Source of the DNA: Mayamaea pseudoterrestris
Lineage: Eukaryota
Assembly (NCBI GenBank): GCA_027923505.1
Contig: BROI01000022.1
Location: 248,001 to 312,000, forward strand
DNA length: 64,000 bases
Direction: 5' to 3'
Of this stretch, positions 10,700-22,136 are shown piece by piece; within the stretch, counting starts at the first letter, position 1, and every line of letters starts with the position of its first letter. The notes below the pieces were generated by a model. It worked only from the letters and a program-made list of their open reading frames with translations, was not told the origin of the DNA and searched no databases. The translations under genes were made by a program, and so were the position numbers.

Positions 10700-13115
10700 T
10701 TGACGAATGATGAAGATAATGTATAGTTACTTTACATATAACATTTTTACTGTTATAAATAAACTGGTGTTAGCGGCTGAATCTTACGTTACACAATACG
10801 TTGCGTCGTATTTCAATCGTTATACGTAAGTCGCGCACATATTCAGCTGCACTAGGTGTAAGGGGTTTCGAGGTACTTGGTACGGCTGGAACGGCTGTTG
10901 ACTCCACGTATATATAAAGAATCCAAGGCGGTCACTTTCTGTGATTGAATTGTAAATCAGGCCATCGAACGTGGCAACTAGTGGACAGCCCAGTAAATAC
11001 TTGATTATTCAACACCTTTGCCAGCACTAGACCGTCAAATCGCTTACAAAAGCACGCATGGCTGCGACATCCACGTATTAGACAGGCGAGTGGGTTGATT
11101 GCTGCGTTGGTGAATGCATTGTATAAATGATCGTTACGGTGGCCGATTGTATTGTTTATGAAAGAACAAGGCGAAAACGAAGCATCCACAGCTACTTGTG
11201 AACTAGTTCAACTCGGCGAGCAGATAAGCCACTCCCAGGCCCGTGCACGGCTGTCGCATCCATTTGAAAGAGCAGTGTTGGAGCTGATCGTGTAGAGTGA
11301 CAGTCAAAGCTGCGAAAGGTGTCGGCCGAAACATAACGAGGCAGTCAGTCCTAAACGGATGCAGTAGCTCAACCGTCGTTTGAAAGCACTCGCGAACAAT
11401 GTTCCAAAATGCATGCTAGCAGCCAATTCAGCTGAGAATTCAAGTAGCTGCCTAGACTTTAACATACCATGATGTCACGCTCTGTGTACCGCAGGCCAAG
11501 CTAACCAACAAGACAGCCGATATATGGAGGCATCCCCTCCAGATTATTCGTTATATTCTCAGACGAGCAAGGGATGCTTATCACCGCATAGATGACTGTT
11601 TTTGTATCGAATTGTCGCAGTCATAGCTGATTGTGGTAAATAGCACTTGGAATACAGAAATGCACCGGCAATGCACAACCGCTGACTTGCCATGTCCGAA
11701 TCGCTCGACAGGCATGAATCAGTGTCACGTCGTCATTGTTACGGCTGAAGCTGCTGTAGAGGAGCTTCATGAGAGTTGACAAGCAACTCGCATTGTGCTC
11801 ACAGCAGCAGGTGAGCAGATACAAGTCAAAATGCTGACCACTTTCATTGCAAAACGACACGCATCGATGAGCGGCGTTGCAAGCCAAACTCGGACTATGC
11901 CGCCAGCCCAGGCCGCACACCAGCGATTCACATCAGCACCGAACCCTCCCACCGCTTTCCAACAGCATGTATGGCTGACACAACAATACAAACACCAGAT
12001 GTGGCTGTTGGATGCTGCGAACGAGCCGTCGTTGTCGCAATAAAAGCAAGAAATGTCCTTCATGACATCCGCCATCGAAGCTTGCCGCACCCAACCGGCT
12101 GCTTATCGCACCAGACTATCATCGCTCCCTGCTACAGGAGACTGTGCTCCAGCAATTGTGTCATTGAGTCAAGGAAAACCTGACCCGTCGGCAAGACATC
12201 AGTTGTCCGCTTTAAACTTGCCGTTTCAAAGCAATGCGTCAACTCGACCAAGTCATCGGGATGAAGCAATGTCGCATCGTTTTGGAGAGCCGTGCTCGAA
12301 AATTATAAAACCTTCGTATCAACGACTTGTCAAAGCAAACACGAATTGATATTTTTTCATTCCATTTCAAAGTTTGTGCGAAAATGAAGAGATAGCAATG
12401 GTGGCTCGGTAACAGGATCGTTGTAGCAAAAATTACTAGTACAGACCAGATGCCGATTGACTGGCATGGCATGGTATGAAGCTATGCGAGCGCCAAGCTC
12501 ATTCAGCGATATTCTTGCTTCAGCAGACGTGCGAGTCAATCAGTTTGTCAAGCCAAGACTCATTCTCGAAAAGGTTTGTTCCGAGCCAACGAATTGCCGA
12601 TGTTGATGCAGCACTTAGATTTACGTTGAAACTGTTGTTGCTTCGCTCGCAATCAATACTATTAATAGCAGCATGATTGGAATCCGATTTACTTGAGTGT
12701 CGACAATTGTAGCGTTGATTTTTCATTGCCACTGTCGGACTGACTGCATCAAATGTGCGCTTTTCTGCACAAGTGAATAGGAAAAAAACGTCATGTAGTT
12801 TCCTAGGCAGTCCCCTCCATAGCAGTTGTCAATTACCAGTGTGTTTCGGAGTTCCCATTAGCGTGGAATTCGATAACATGTCTACTGCTGTTTTGCTTTT
12901 CCGTTCGCTGGCTGCGACGAGATGGTTTTTATTCGCCTTTCGTCCGTTCTTCTTGAATGCTCATCGATATTGCATGACTTAGAAACATGTCGTTTTGCAC
13001 TCTCAATCTATCAATAGTAGGCTCTGTATGTTCGCCATGCTATTGCTTGTTCATGCAGGCCAAGCAGAGATGTTGTTGTGCTGCTGACAATGGAGCGTGA
13101 TAATAGGACGACATA

Positions 13116-13620
13116 AGGCAATAGTATGAAACGAGTGCCAGTGTCAATTACGTCATGAGGCAATAGTATGAAACGAGTGCCAGTGTCAATTACGTCATGA
13201 GGCAATAATATGAAACGAGTGCCAATGTCAATTACATCATGAGGCAATAGTATGAGACGAGTGCCAGTGTCAATTACGTCATTAGGCAATAGCATGAAAC
13301 GAGTGCCAGTGAAAACTGCGTCATTTAGGCAATAGTGTGAAACGAGTGCCAGTGAAAACTACGTCATCAAGGCAATAGTATGAAACGAGTGCCAGTGTCA
13401 ATTACGTCATGAGGCAATAGTATGAAACGAGTGCCAGTGTCAATTACGTCATGAGGCAATAATATGAAACGAATGCCAATGTCAATTACATCATGAGGCA
13501 ATAGTATGAAACGAGTGCCAGTGTCAATTACGTCATTAGGCAATAGCATGAAACGAGTGCCAGTGAAAACTGCGTCATTTAGGCAATAGTGTGAAACGAG
13601 TGCCAGTGAAAACTACGTCA
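13116..13620. repeat. Minisatellite, 12 x 42-43 bp, organised as two copies of a 254-bp six-unit higher-order repeat
   Basis: Consensus AGGCAATAGTATGAAACGAGTGCCAGTGTCAATTACGTCATG; variants of units 1-6 recur in order in units 7-12 (second block starts 13370). Confidence 0.97.
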
Positions 13621-13630
13621 GAAGCTTACG

Positions 13631-13715
13631 TGATTTTGATTTTTCAAAGCTACTGGCACTATAGTTCAGAGTGTAGTGCCAAAAACTTTGATTTTCAAAG
13701 TTGTCAGCACTATAA
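13631..13715 (-). repeat. Second locus of the 51-bp palindromic repeat family (inverted relative to 3111-3207)
   Basis: Reverse complement reads TATAGTGCTGACAACTTTGAAAATCAAAGTTTTTGGCACTACACT...TATAGTGCCAGTAGCTTTGAAAAATCAAA; GCACTATA recurs at 13656 and 13707 (51 bp). Confidence 0.85.
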
Positions 13716-13800
13716 GTTAAGGTGTACAGCAATTCCTGTTCAGAGTTGAACGCAAGAGCCAAGCAAACCATATTGCCGCATCTAAACATGCCGATCAACC

Positions 13801-15012
13801 ATGAACGCCGTCTCTTTAGGGCATCGTGCAACGAAACATGTTGCATCCAAGACAGCAGCAAGTCTTGCAGCCTGCTGTATCGTTGTAGCAGCGACTCGAG
13901 AGGAAGTTGATAATGCGACGATTGCGACCAGACGGATGATGAATGAACGAAGGCGAATTGCTCAATGTGAACCACTAGATGGAAACCATCATTTGCCTGC
14001 GGCATCACTGCAAACGCCTTCACCTCCTCCATCCTCTGTTTCAACTTATCGCAAACTACTCTACAAGCTAAACATGTATTCGCTTCCAATTCCGCGACTG
14101 CTGCAGCCTCATGATCCCGACTTGACTTTGGCGCCTCGACTCGTTGAGCAACGCTCGAAAGACGACGCTGAAATACGAAACCTTCAAACTCTCATTCTCC
14201 ACGCGATTCAAAGTCAAAATAAGGAGGATATGGCAAAGCTATTGACTCGAACGTATGCTATACTGTACGGCAAGCCAAGCAAGAAGGACGCAGCGTTGGA
14301 TTCAGTTTGTTTCAATCCACAGGATCGACAAAACTTTTTGCAACAGTTTGGATGCACTGGATGGACCGAGGAGGCTCTGTTGACGATTTGCGAGCTTGCA
14401 AAGGATCGAGGAATCGTAGAAATTGGAGCCGGGCAGGGACAATGGGCGCGAGCATTGACGGAGCGATATGCAAGTTTAACTTTAGCTACCGACAATTGCA
14501 ATGAGCAGTTGCAATCAAACCAGCACCAACAGCAGCAGCAGCAAATTGACACTCTCAAGGAGCCAAGCCGAAGCAGGAACAAGAAGCACTTTGAATTTGT
14601 TCTTGCTTTTGACGACTACAGCGCCCTTCCGCTGAATCCAGATATTTACCACTCCAAGACGGTTGCGCACCATCAATACTTTTACGACAAGGTTCAAGAC
14701 TGCAGCAAGACATCCATATCTACCATTTTGCGATCATGGCCTTGTCGAGGAAGGGTCTTGCTGCTAGTCTATCCTCATCAAAATGACATGGCGATTGATG
14801 CCTTGAAAGCCTACCAACAGGCTGATCCAATCCGCAACGATACAATTGTATACATTGGAGAAGGCCGCGGTGGCGTAAATGCCAATGAAGCATTCTTTGA
14901 CGCATTGGAATCGGGCCAATGGATGCTGGAGCGAATAATTCCAGTGCGAGTCTTTGGTACCAAGGGATATGAACGATTGTACATTCTACGAAGGAGGCAG
15001 CCAGCGCATTGA
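13801..15012 (+). CDS. Conserved hypothetical class I SAM-dependent methyltransferase-like protein
   Basis: Motif I IVEIGAGQGQWARAL, LAFDD, LLLVYP, VYIGEGRGGVNANEAFF in a 403-aa ORF; start uncertain. Confidence 0.75.
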   Translation: MNAVSLGHRATKHVASKTAASLAACCIVVAATREEVDNATIATRRMMNERRRIAQCEPLDGNHHLPAASLQTPSPPPSSVSTYRKLLYKLNMYSLPIPRLLQPHDPDLTLAPRLVEQRSKDDAEIRNLQTLILHAIQSQNKEDMAKLLTRTYAILYGKPSKKDAALDSVCFNPQDRQNFLQQFGCTGWTEEALLTICELAKDRGIVEIGAGQGQWARALTERYASLTLATDNCNEQLQSNQHQQQQQQIDTLKEPSRSRNKKHFEFVLAFDDYSALPLNPDIYHSKTVAHHQYFYDKVQDCSKTSISTILRSWPCRGRVLLLVYPHQNDMAIDALKAYQQADPIRNDTIVYIGEGRGGVNANEAFFDALESGQWMLERIIPVRVFGTKGYERLYILRRRQPAH

Positions 15013-15504
15013 AGCATGACGACGACGGTTGGTGACGGCATGGTACGTTTCATCTGCACCTGCGCCCTCTTTAATCAGCAGCGTACACTCTCTGTCGTCA
15101 AATGCATTCGCATGTTTGGACGAGTCGTTGAGAGAACCACGCGATATAAAGCATTGCTCGACTTTCTCCATTGACTTGCTCGCTGATAGCGTGATTGATT
15201 CTCACTCATCTTGCAAACATATTTATGCTTTTTTGGCAGACGACCCTTCATCGCAAGGATGCTTTTGCGTCTAAAGTATGCATGATCTTTTATGTCACTC
15301 TATGCCATTGCCACGGCGGTAAAATGCCATAGCGCGCCAGCTTTGGCCTCTGCTGGAAGCGGATGCGATTCGACCCATGACTTGTTTCTAATGCCACAAC
15401 TTGTAAACACTATTGACCAAAGTTGTTTTAAAATGTAAGCCTTCTTATATACATATATCCAGTGACAAAGGCCAACTAGTGTGCTTGTTTAAACATACGT
15501 CGCT

Positions 15505-17393
15505 TCACACCAAATCATCCTGTAGGTTCTCCTGCAAATCGCCATCTCGATGCTGCTGAAAAAAATCAAGTACTTGCTCCGAGCATGTATTGTTCCGCAC
15601 CGCCATATCCAATGGCGTTTCACCATGAAAATTGTGCTCGTATATGGCTTGCGGGTACGCTCGTAGGATTAACTCGACCACTTGCGGAGATGGCTTTGCT
15701 ACACGCACCGCCGCATGCAGCGGCGTGTTGGACTGCTTGTCGCAGACTTGCGCAGCCTCCGGATTTGTTTCAAGTAATAGCTGAATCACTCGCGCGTCCC
15801 GCTCAAGCGCAATCGCCGTGGCCAAAGCGGTGCACCGATCCGGTCCATCCGGCAAGGCGATGACGTCCGGACCTGTTTGCGCCAGCAACGACAATATTTC
15901 GTAGCAGGCATTGTACTTGAGCGCAATGTTGAGCGGGTAGTGGAAACGTTCCTGCGCGCGCTGCTTTCGTGTTTGGTTCTTATTTTCGCTGCTACTACTC
16001 GAGGCGGACATTGCGGATGTGGCACCTTCAAAACTGCTTTCACTCGTCGTGTCACCACCAACGCCCTTCATGCAGCAGACAATGGAAATTGGTCGCCGAA
16101 CTGCCTCGGGATCCATGGCAATGGCCGACTCGACGACTGCCACCGTGTCGGGGTCTGTTGAGAATGGAGAATAAACACTTGAGTTTCTCGCTACCCGATC
16201 TATACAATCCCTTGTAATCGACATCGAATACACTTACACAGCTTGCACGAATTGTGCAACAAGGAGCTCCCATCCATGCTTGCAAAGAGCAGTTTGGGGT
16301 TGCTTGCTGACTCGCGCGCAAATGTCGAAGCAAAGCCATACTTGAAGCTTGATCCATTCGGTGTTGGTCGCTTTCTGGAAGGCTCCAATGAAGCAAACAA
16401 TGCTTGCTGCTGCTGTTGTTGCTGTTGACGCATTTGCGATAACGGAGAAGGCTTCGAATCGTCAAAAATGGAGGCGAACTGATGAACCTGCTTGTTTGGA
16501 ACGCCAAATGCAGAATGATTCTTCGTTGCTGCTTGTAGCGAGTGATTTTGCAATGGTTGTTGTTGCTGATGCTGTTGCGATGGACGCATGTTTCCCTGCA
16601 ATTGAGCCAAGAATGGATTAGGTCGAGCTGATGCTTGCGATGAATTCTGAAAAGACGCATTCTGCATGGCTCCGCCTTGCTGCATTTGATTCAAAAAGGG
16701 ATTGCTCGACTGGGCCGAGGAAAAGTTTGGAGTCGATTGCGCAGCATGAGCGAGCGAACGTTGCTGCTGTTGTCGCTGGAGCTGCTCCTGAATTTGTTGA
16801 GTTGGAAAAACCGAGTTCCCTTGGAGACTTGGTGGCTGTTGAAGCGTCCTGCTACTCGTATGATCCGCTCCACTGAGAGTCGCAAAGCTCACCGTCTTTT
16901 GTCGCTTGGCTTGCTGCTGATGCTGTTGCTGCGAGTCGTCGTCATGATCAAACTTATTGAAATGCTTTTGCGATACCTGATTGTTCATCTGATTGCTTGT
17001 ATTATTCGAGTGATTCATTGGAGCTTGCATTTGATTCAAATGATTTCCTCCAGGCGCTGCTGGATGTTGCGGCTGCTGCTGATGGCTCGCGCGAGCGGCA
17101 GCGCTTCGATGCATGGCTCCCTCCATGCCGGCAAACAAGGGATTATTCTGAAGCAGACTCGTCAAGCCTCGACCTCCAATGGGGACTGGGTCCCAGTTAC
17201 TGTTCGCTTGAGGCTGCTGCGGCTGTTGGGAGGCGAACGCGTTGGCGACAGCCGCGCTGGTAGTCCCTCCACCTCCAGATCGATTCACTGTCAATTGCAT
17301 CATGCTCTGGCCTCGCGGATTTCCATTGTTTGCAAAGCGGAGATTATGCCATGAATGTGCATGAGTAGGTGGTAGACCATTGCTTTGATTCAT
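15505..17393 (-). CDS. Gln/Asn-rich N-terminus + ankyrin-repeat C-terminus; 2 exons (17393-16238, 16154-15505)
   Basis: GTAAGT...TCTCAACAG intron 16237-16155 (83 bp) joins LLHNSCKL|YPDTVAVV in frame; ankyrin motifs YPLNIAL, NTPLHAAV, GETPLDMA. Confidence 0.85.
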
Positions 17394-17928
17394 GGTCAAG
17401 GACGAGTCGAAACGAGAGCAAAAAGTACTGAAATCAAAATCCCAAACCAACAGCAGGCAGGAGAGGTGCAGACGCGACCTTGATCCTTCTCGTTCGAGAG
17501 GCAACCACCTCAATCCATTCGCTGCCAGCGTCACAGGCGTCACACTTTTCAGGATAAAACTTGAAGTTGAATTCAATTTCAACCAATAGGAGGGACCTAC
17601 GTTATGTCGAACGAGTTTATCAATTGGTCATTGCACTATCAAGGCTTTAGTAAATAAGTCACGCCTGATGGAAGACCGAAGAATGTTCTTCTTTTCTTTT
17701 TAGGCAATAACAGAAGACTCAGAAGCGCACCACTATTGGCGAAGTAGTACTAAAATTACTTATGCGTCACCTTTTCGATCGTGCCAACTATCATACCGGA
17801 AGTGCGGTACGGTACGTAGATGCTCGTCCGCGACGACGCATGTCAGAATAGTATAATACTACTCATCATGTTTTACAAAGCTTTATTCATCATTATATTA
17901 CTTCCATTGCTCTTATGTTTGTGATTGC

Positions 17929-19008
17929 TCAAATGAACCAGCATCCAGCGACAAGATCCGGATTGGCTTTGAGAAAGTCGTTCCACTCGCCCCAGCAATC
18001 CCTCGGAACATAGTTGAGCGGCGTGTAGTTGCGATTGTCCCCTATCAATAAAAAGTCGGGACACTCGTGGAGGATTCGCTTGACGCTGACAAAGTTGGGG
18101 GAGTTTGTCCAACAAGCGTCGTGCAAAGGGGTTCGACCACTGGCACAGCAAACACGAAGGCTTAGCTTGGCTTTTACCAACAAGAAATCCAGCATTTCAT
18201 CCAATCCCCGACGCGCAACAGTATGAAGAATGCTTTCATAGAACCGGTTGCAGCACTGAAGCTCCTTGCCCGATGCGTACATTTCTTGCAAGCCTACAAA
18301 GTCGTTCGACCGGACCGCCGTCATTACCTTTAGATCGTACGCCGCAATATGGTGCTCGTCATGCTGGAAAAAGTCTCTGACTGTTTCGTTCCGAACAGGG
18401 TCGGTTGATCGACCAAGCGACTCGCGTATCTGTTTCAAAGTTTCCATAGGACTGACATTTCCCAATGGATGTTCCGCCTTTGACTTGTCGTAAAACGTCT
18501 GCGTCGGAAGGGAGGTTTGGATGCACATGGCAAGTCGAGCCTCCTCCTTGGAATCGTGGTTGGATGAGCCAATTGCGTCATTGGCTGACCCGCGTCGCAT
18601 GACAGGATGAACTGGGAGTGCTAGCTCGGTCAAATACGTCAAGTTAGAATCGCTCGCATTCTTCTTTAACAGGTTATTCAATACACTTGAAACGAAAACA
18701 CCGCCAGCTCGCTGCTGCGCTTGATGCGCCATGTTGAGACGGAGTTCCTGCTCAAGCGCCGCATTTGCTTCATCGTCGGCCGAATCATAGTCATCACTCG
18801 AGTACTCGCTCTCGCTTTCGTCATCATCATCATCGTCCGATTCTGAATAGTTTGACGCGGAATCCTCTGCGTCCGACGATCCATCATCCGAGCGTTCGTC
18901 GGTTGTAGTAAGAGATGTTCCTTCATCTGCTTCAATCTTGTTTGGCTGCTTGCTCATGATGGCGGGAATAACAGTTGGCATGAGCTCGACGATGGCAACG
19001 CTAGCCAT
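17929..19008 (-). CDS. Ankyrin-repeat protein (diatom-type) with acidic N-terminus
   Basis: CCNRFYESILHTVARRG, GRTPLHDACW, NYTPLNYV in a 359-aa ORF. Confidence 0.88.
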   Translation of the reverse strand: MASVAIVELMPTVIPAIMSKQPNKIEADEGTSLTTTDERSDDGSSDAEDSASNYSESDDDDDDESESEYSSDDYDSADDEANAALEQELRLNMAHQAQQRAGGVFVSSVLNNLLKKNASDSNLTYLTELALPVHPVMRRGSANDAIGSSNHDSKEEARLAMCIQTSLPTQTFYDKSKAEHPLGNVSPMETLKQIRESLGRSTDPVRNETVRDFFQHDEHHIAAYDLKVMTAVRSNDFVGLQEMYASGKELQCCNRFYESILHTVARRGLDEMLDFLLVKAKLSLRVCCASGRTPLHDACWTNSPNFVSVKRILHECPDFLLIGDNRNYTPLNYVPRDCWGEWNDFLKANPDLVAGCWFI

Positions 19009-19690
19009 TCTCCTCGTCAGTCAATCGTTCGCAGTAGCTGTCCAATCTCGATACCCTGAGATTCGGACAATAAAGTTTTTGCGAAACAATGGACATCGTG
19101 CTTGAAGAACTTGACATGATGGGAAGACAGACGTATGATGCCCACCACGCATCGGACGCATGGAAGGGCAGCAGGCGGAATCAAATGAGAAACCGCCACC
19201 GTACTGTCGAGGATGCTCATTGGCTTATTTATTTCAAATCCATCGAACGAACGACATTCTACATGACTCCTGTACCGTTCGCAAAATGTCAAAGTCGGTG
19301 CACGCATATAGCTAATCAGCCATTGTCAGTCGCTATGCGAGTACCAAGAAGGATCAAACTGCCCTTGTCCAAGAAAACGGACGATGGCTTTGGTGTAACT
19401 CATGCGACGTCAGGTGAGCGGCCAATTACTCGAAGCGACGCACCATGCATATCTGCCTCTTCAACAGCAAAACGTCATGCGGCCACTTGCGGTCATGGGC
19501 CGTGATGCTCACGCGTCGAAACATGCGTGACGATGACCGAGACGACGTTCGTGGAAAGCATGATACCCTACTCATTTAGCTATCATATATACCGAGTGTT
19601 ACGTTTACCAAAGCTTTTACAATCATCAATTTTACTACGGACCTGCTCGCATAGTCGGACACCTCCGGTCCTACCGACAAGACTTATACA

Positions 19691-21715
19691 TTACTTCAAC
19701 AGACTTTCAACACCCTCAGGCTTGACGACTGGAAGCTGCTTGATGGCTTCCTTGGCCGCCTTGTCGTCCTCTCGTGCGACAAAGAGGGAATGCCCATACC
19801 CACACGCGACTTGCATCATTGGAATGCCACTGAGCGCTTCAACAAAGGCTGGCTTGGAGCTTGATTTTTGGTCTTTCAAACCCAACTCGCCGTACGGACC
19901 TTGTCCCCAAGCCACAGTGTTACCAATATCCGTCGCACACACAACAGACTGAAACCCGCTCGCGCAGTGCGCAATAACATGCTGGTTCGTCGCCAATTGT
20001 TCGATCAGAATAGGTCGCATAGTCGCTTCGCCTACCGATCGATGCTTGCCATTGTAGTAAACGTGCCCATTTGCCGTTTGAATCAAGTTGCAGCTCGCTC
20101 CGGCTGCAACTTTTGCATTCGACGTGTCGCAAGTCATGGGCAGCTGCTGCATTTGACGAGGATAGTATTCATCAACCTGTCGACCATGCCCTAGGCAACC
20201 GTAGTTGCCACAGCCCTGTGATTGATGGAAATATGAAACAGAAAGAGTCAGAAAATCATGTCGTAATCGTGGCAAATTGGCACAACATAAACTCACCCAC
20301 GTAAAGAGACGAGGCTTGTCGTCGGTGCTCTCCGCTTCTAGCGCAATCGTATGATGCTTTCCGCAAGCAATCGACTGGATCCGAACACTAGCTGCATCTG
20401 GCAAAAGCTCCAAGACCACGTTTGGTTGCGAAGACGCAGACGCATTTGGTTGCGGTTGATAGTACCAGTGGTCGGAGCGTCGCGTAAACACTGTAGCATT
20501 AGCAAAGGCCAATTTATTGGCCTGAACAAAATACTCGCCCGTCTCTCCATTGCCAAGTTGACCAAACTCCGAACTTCCAGTCGAGTACACGTAACCGTCA
20601 GTATCAAGCAAGACGGAAAAGTCGTCACCGCACGAAATCATGCGGGGCGTGACGGCGTCCAGAGCAGAATTGTTTTCGTCCACAATAACGCACTTGCGCG
20701 GTCGAGGAACTGTATCTGACGTCGTCTTGACGCCGCACTGCCCCACCTTGTTGGCGCCCATTGCATAGACGGTTCCATCCTGCATTAAGAATAGCGAGTG
20801 CCCCTTGCCTGTTGCCGCTTGCTGCAGAGTCGACGACGCGTTTCCCGAGCCAGGAAGGTCCAATAGCGTCGGCAAGACAACATTTGTCGGCAGATTGGAT
20901 CCAAGCTGGTGCGTCTCGTTGCGTCCCCATCCGTAAATACTTCCATTTTGAGCCAATGCAATGGAGTGGCAGGAATTGCAACCTGTAAAGACGGCAGCAA
21001 TCTTGGTTTGTGGCATGATTTGCGAAGGAATAGCGCAGTGATAAACCTCCAACAGTTTATTCTTGGTTCGACCGACAATGCTCGAGTCCAATGTACCAGC
21101 TTGGATCAAAACTCCGGCCGCGAGCTTGGTTTTTTTCGCCTTGCCGGATGGAGTGGCAATGCTTTGGAGTTGGTAAGCTCGCTTGGACTTGCTGGCGGAG
21201 GCAGAGGCTGCCGCACTGGCATTATTCGTCACTCCCTCCTCGCCAAGAAAGTCGGCCCATGCCGAGGATTCCGCAGCTGCTGCATTCGAATCTTCATCAG
21301 CTTGCTTGGGGCCTCCCCTGGTAGAGCTGCGCGATCCGCTTCCACGATCACCCTTGGCTCGCATCATGTCTTGCACAACGTGCACTTGTAAACCCAGCTG
21401 ATCCGCGAGACGAGTCACGTCCTTTGCTGTTCCGAATCCAGGAGCAACGATTGGATCGTGCTCAAGCACTGGAAAAGCGGAAAGGAGAAACGTATAATGA
21501 GCTAGCGTGTGCGGAGCGAACGAATACGCATGGCAAGTCTCACCTCGAGCAGAACGCCGTTTTGGTTTTGCTTCCTGCCTTTTATCCAGCAACGAATCAA
21601 TCTCGAGCTCTTGTTTAATAGTACTACTACCAATAGTCTTGGTCGGTGTCGAATCGATGCTGTTGCAGCTGACTTTCGAAGATTGCTGCAGCTGCTGCTC
21701 CTTCTTGCTAGACAT
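19691..21715 (-). CDS. RCC1-repeat beta-propeller protein, RCC2/TD-60-like; probable introns 21543-21469 and 20296-20216; start uncertain
   Basis: Repeats YGWGRNETHQLG, GANKVGQCG, GSSEFGQLGNG, TW|GCGNYGCLGH, WGQGPYGELG; both introns have GTGAG donors and pyrimidine-rich CAG acceptors. Confidence 0.88.
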   Translation of the reverse strand: MSSKKEQQLQQSSKVSCNSIDSTPTKTIGSSTIKQELEIDSLLDKRQEAKPKRRSARGETCHAYSFAPHTLAHYTFLLSAFPVLEHDPIVAPGFGTAKDVTRLADQLGLQVHVVQDMMRAKGDRGSGSRSSTRGGPKQADEDSNAAAAESSAWADFLGEEGVTNNASAAASASASKSKRAYQLQSIATPSGKAKKTKLAAGVLIQAGTLDSSIVGRTKNKLLEVYHCAIPSQIMPQTKIAAVFTGCNSCHSIALAQNGSIYGWGRNETHQLGSNLPTNVVLPTLLDLPGSGNASSTLQQAATGKGHSLFLMQDGTVYAMGANKVGQCGVKTTSDTVPRPRKCVIVDENNSALDAVTPRMISCGDDFSVLLDTDGYVYSTGSSEFGQLGNGETGEYFVQANKLAFANATVFTRRSDHWYYQPQPNASASSQPNVVLELLPDAASVRIQSIACGKHHTIALEAESTDDKPRLFTWVSLCCANLPRLRHDFLTLSVSYFHQSQGCGNYGCLGHGRQVDEYYPRQMQQLPMTCDTSNAKVAAGASCNLIQTANGHVYYNGKHRSVGEATMRPILIEQLATNQHVIAHCASGFQSVVCATDIGNTVAWGQGPYGELGLKDQKSSSKPAFVEALSGIPMMQVACGYGHSLFVAREDDKAAKEAIKQLPVVKPEGVESLLK

Positions 21716-22136
21716 GCAGGATGAATTGAACCGACCGACTGCTTGACTGAGACTACCGGTTATTACGGAGAGCTGTCTTTCTTGTCCTTCTTCTTCTCTT
21801 TCACGCTTTAGTCGACTGCTTGTACTGCTCGTATCGCTCAAGAATCCAATGGCGTGAGTGTGAGCGAGTTTGGCGTGGCAAGGCGGCGCGCCTTGGTGCG
21901 CGCGAGTGGACGCTCGCAGCGGCAATGGTTGCGACACTCACAAGTTAAGCGCGACTCGGCCACGTCACGGAAATTTCGCCTCCACCATGACGAACAAGTC
22001 AAAACCCAGACTGACTCGAATCTCGAATGACACTCCTCACTCGCAAACGGCTCTGTAAGCATAGTACAGGCGTTATTCACAATCATTGACGGCGAACAAA
22101 GCAACGTCTACGGCACGACTCGTCATTGACCAACGA

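Noticed and set aside
10850..10900. GGTGTAAGGGGTTTCGAG as tRNA A/B-box-like sequence
   Set aside because: No cloverleaf or acceptor stem can be built.
13116..13620. CRISPR-like appearance of the 42-bp repeat and its LLPHDVIDTGTRFI peptide ORFs
   Set aside because: Units are contiguous with no unique spacers, no cas genes, eukaryotic context; 43-bp units break the frame.
15013..15175. Open frame continuing after the TGA of the methyltransferase-like gene (selenocysteine/readthrough)
   Set aside because: Conserved domain ends before the stop, extension has no motif and no SECIS is evident.
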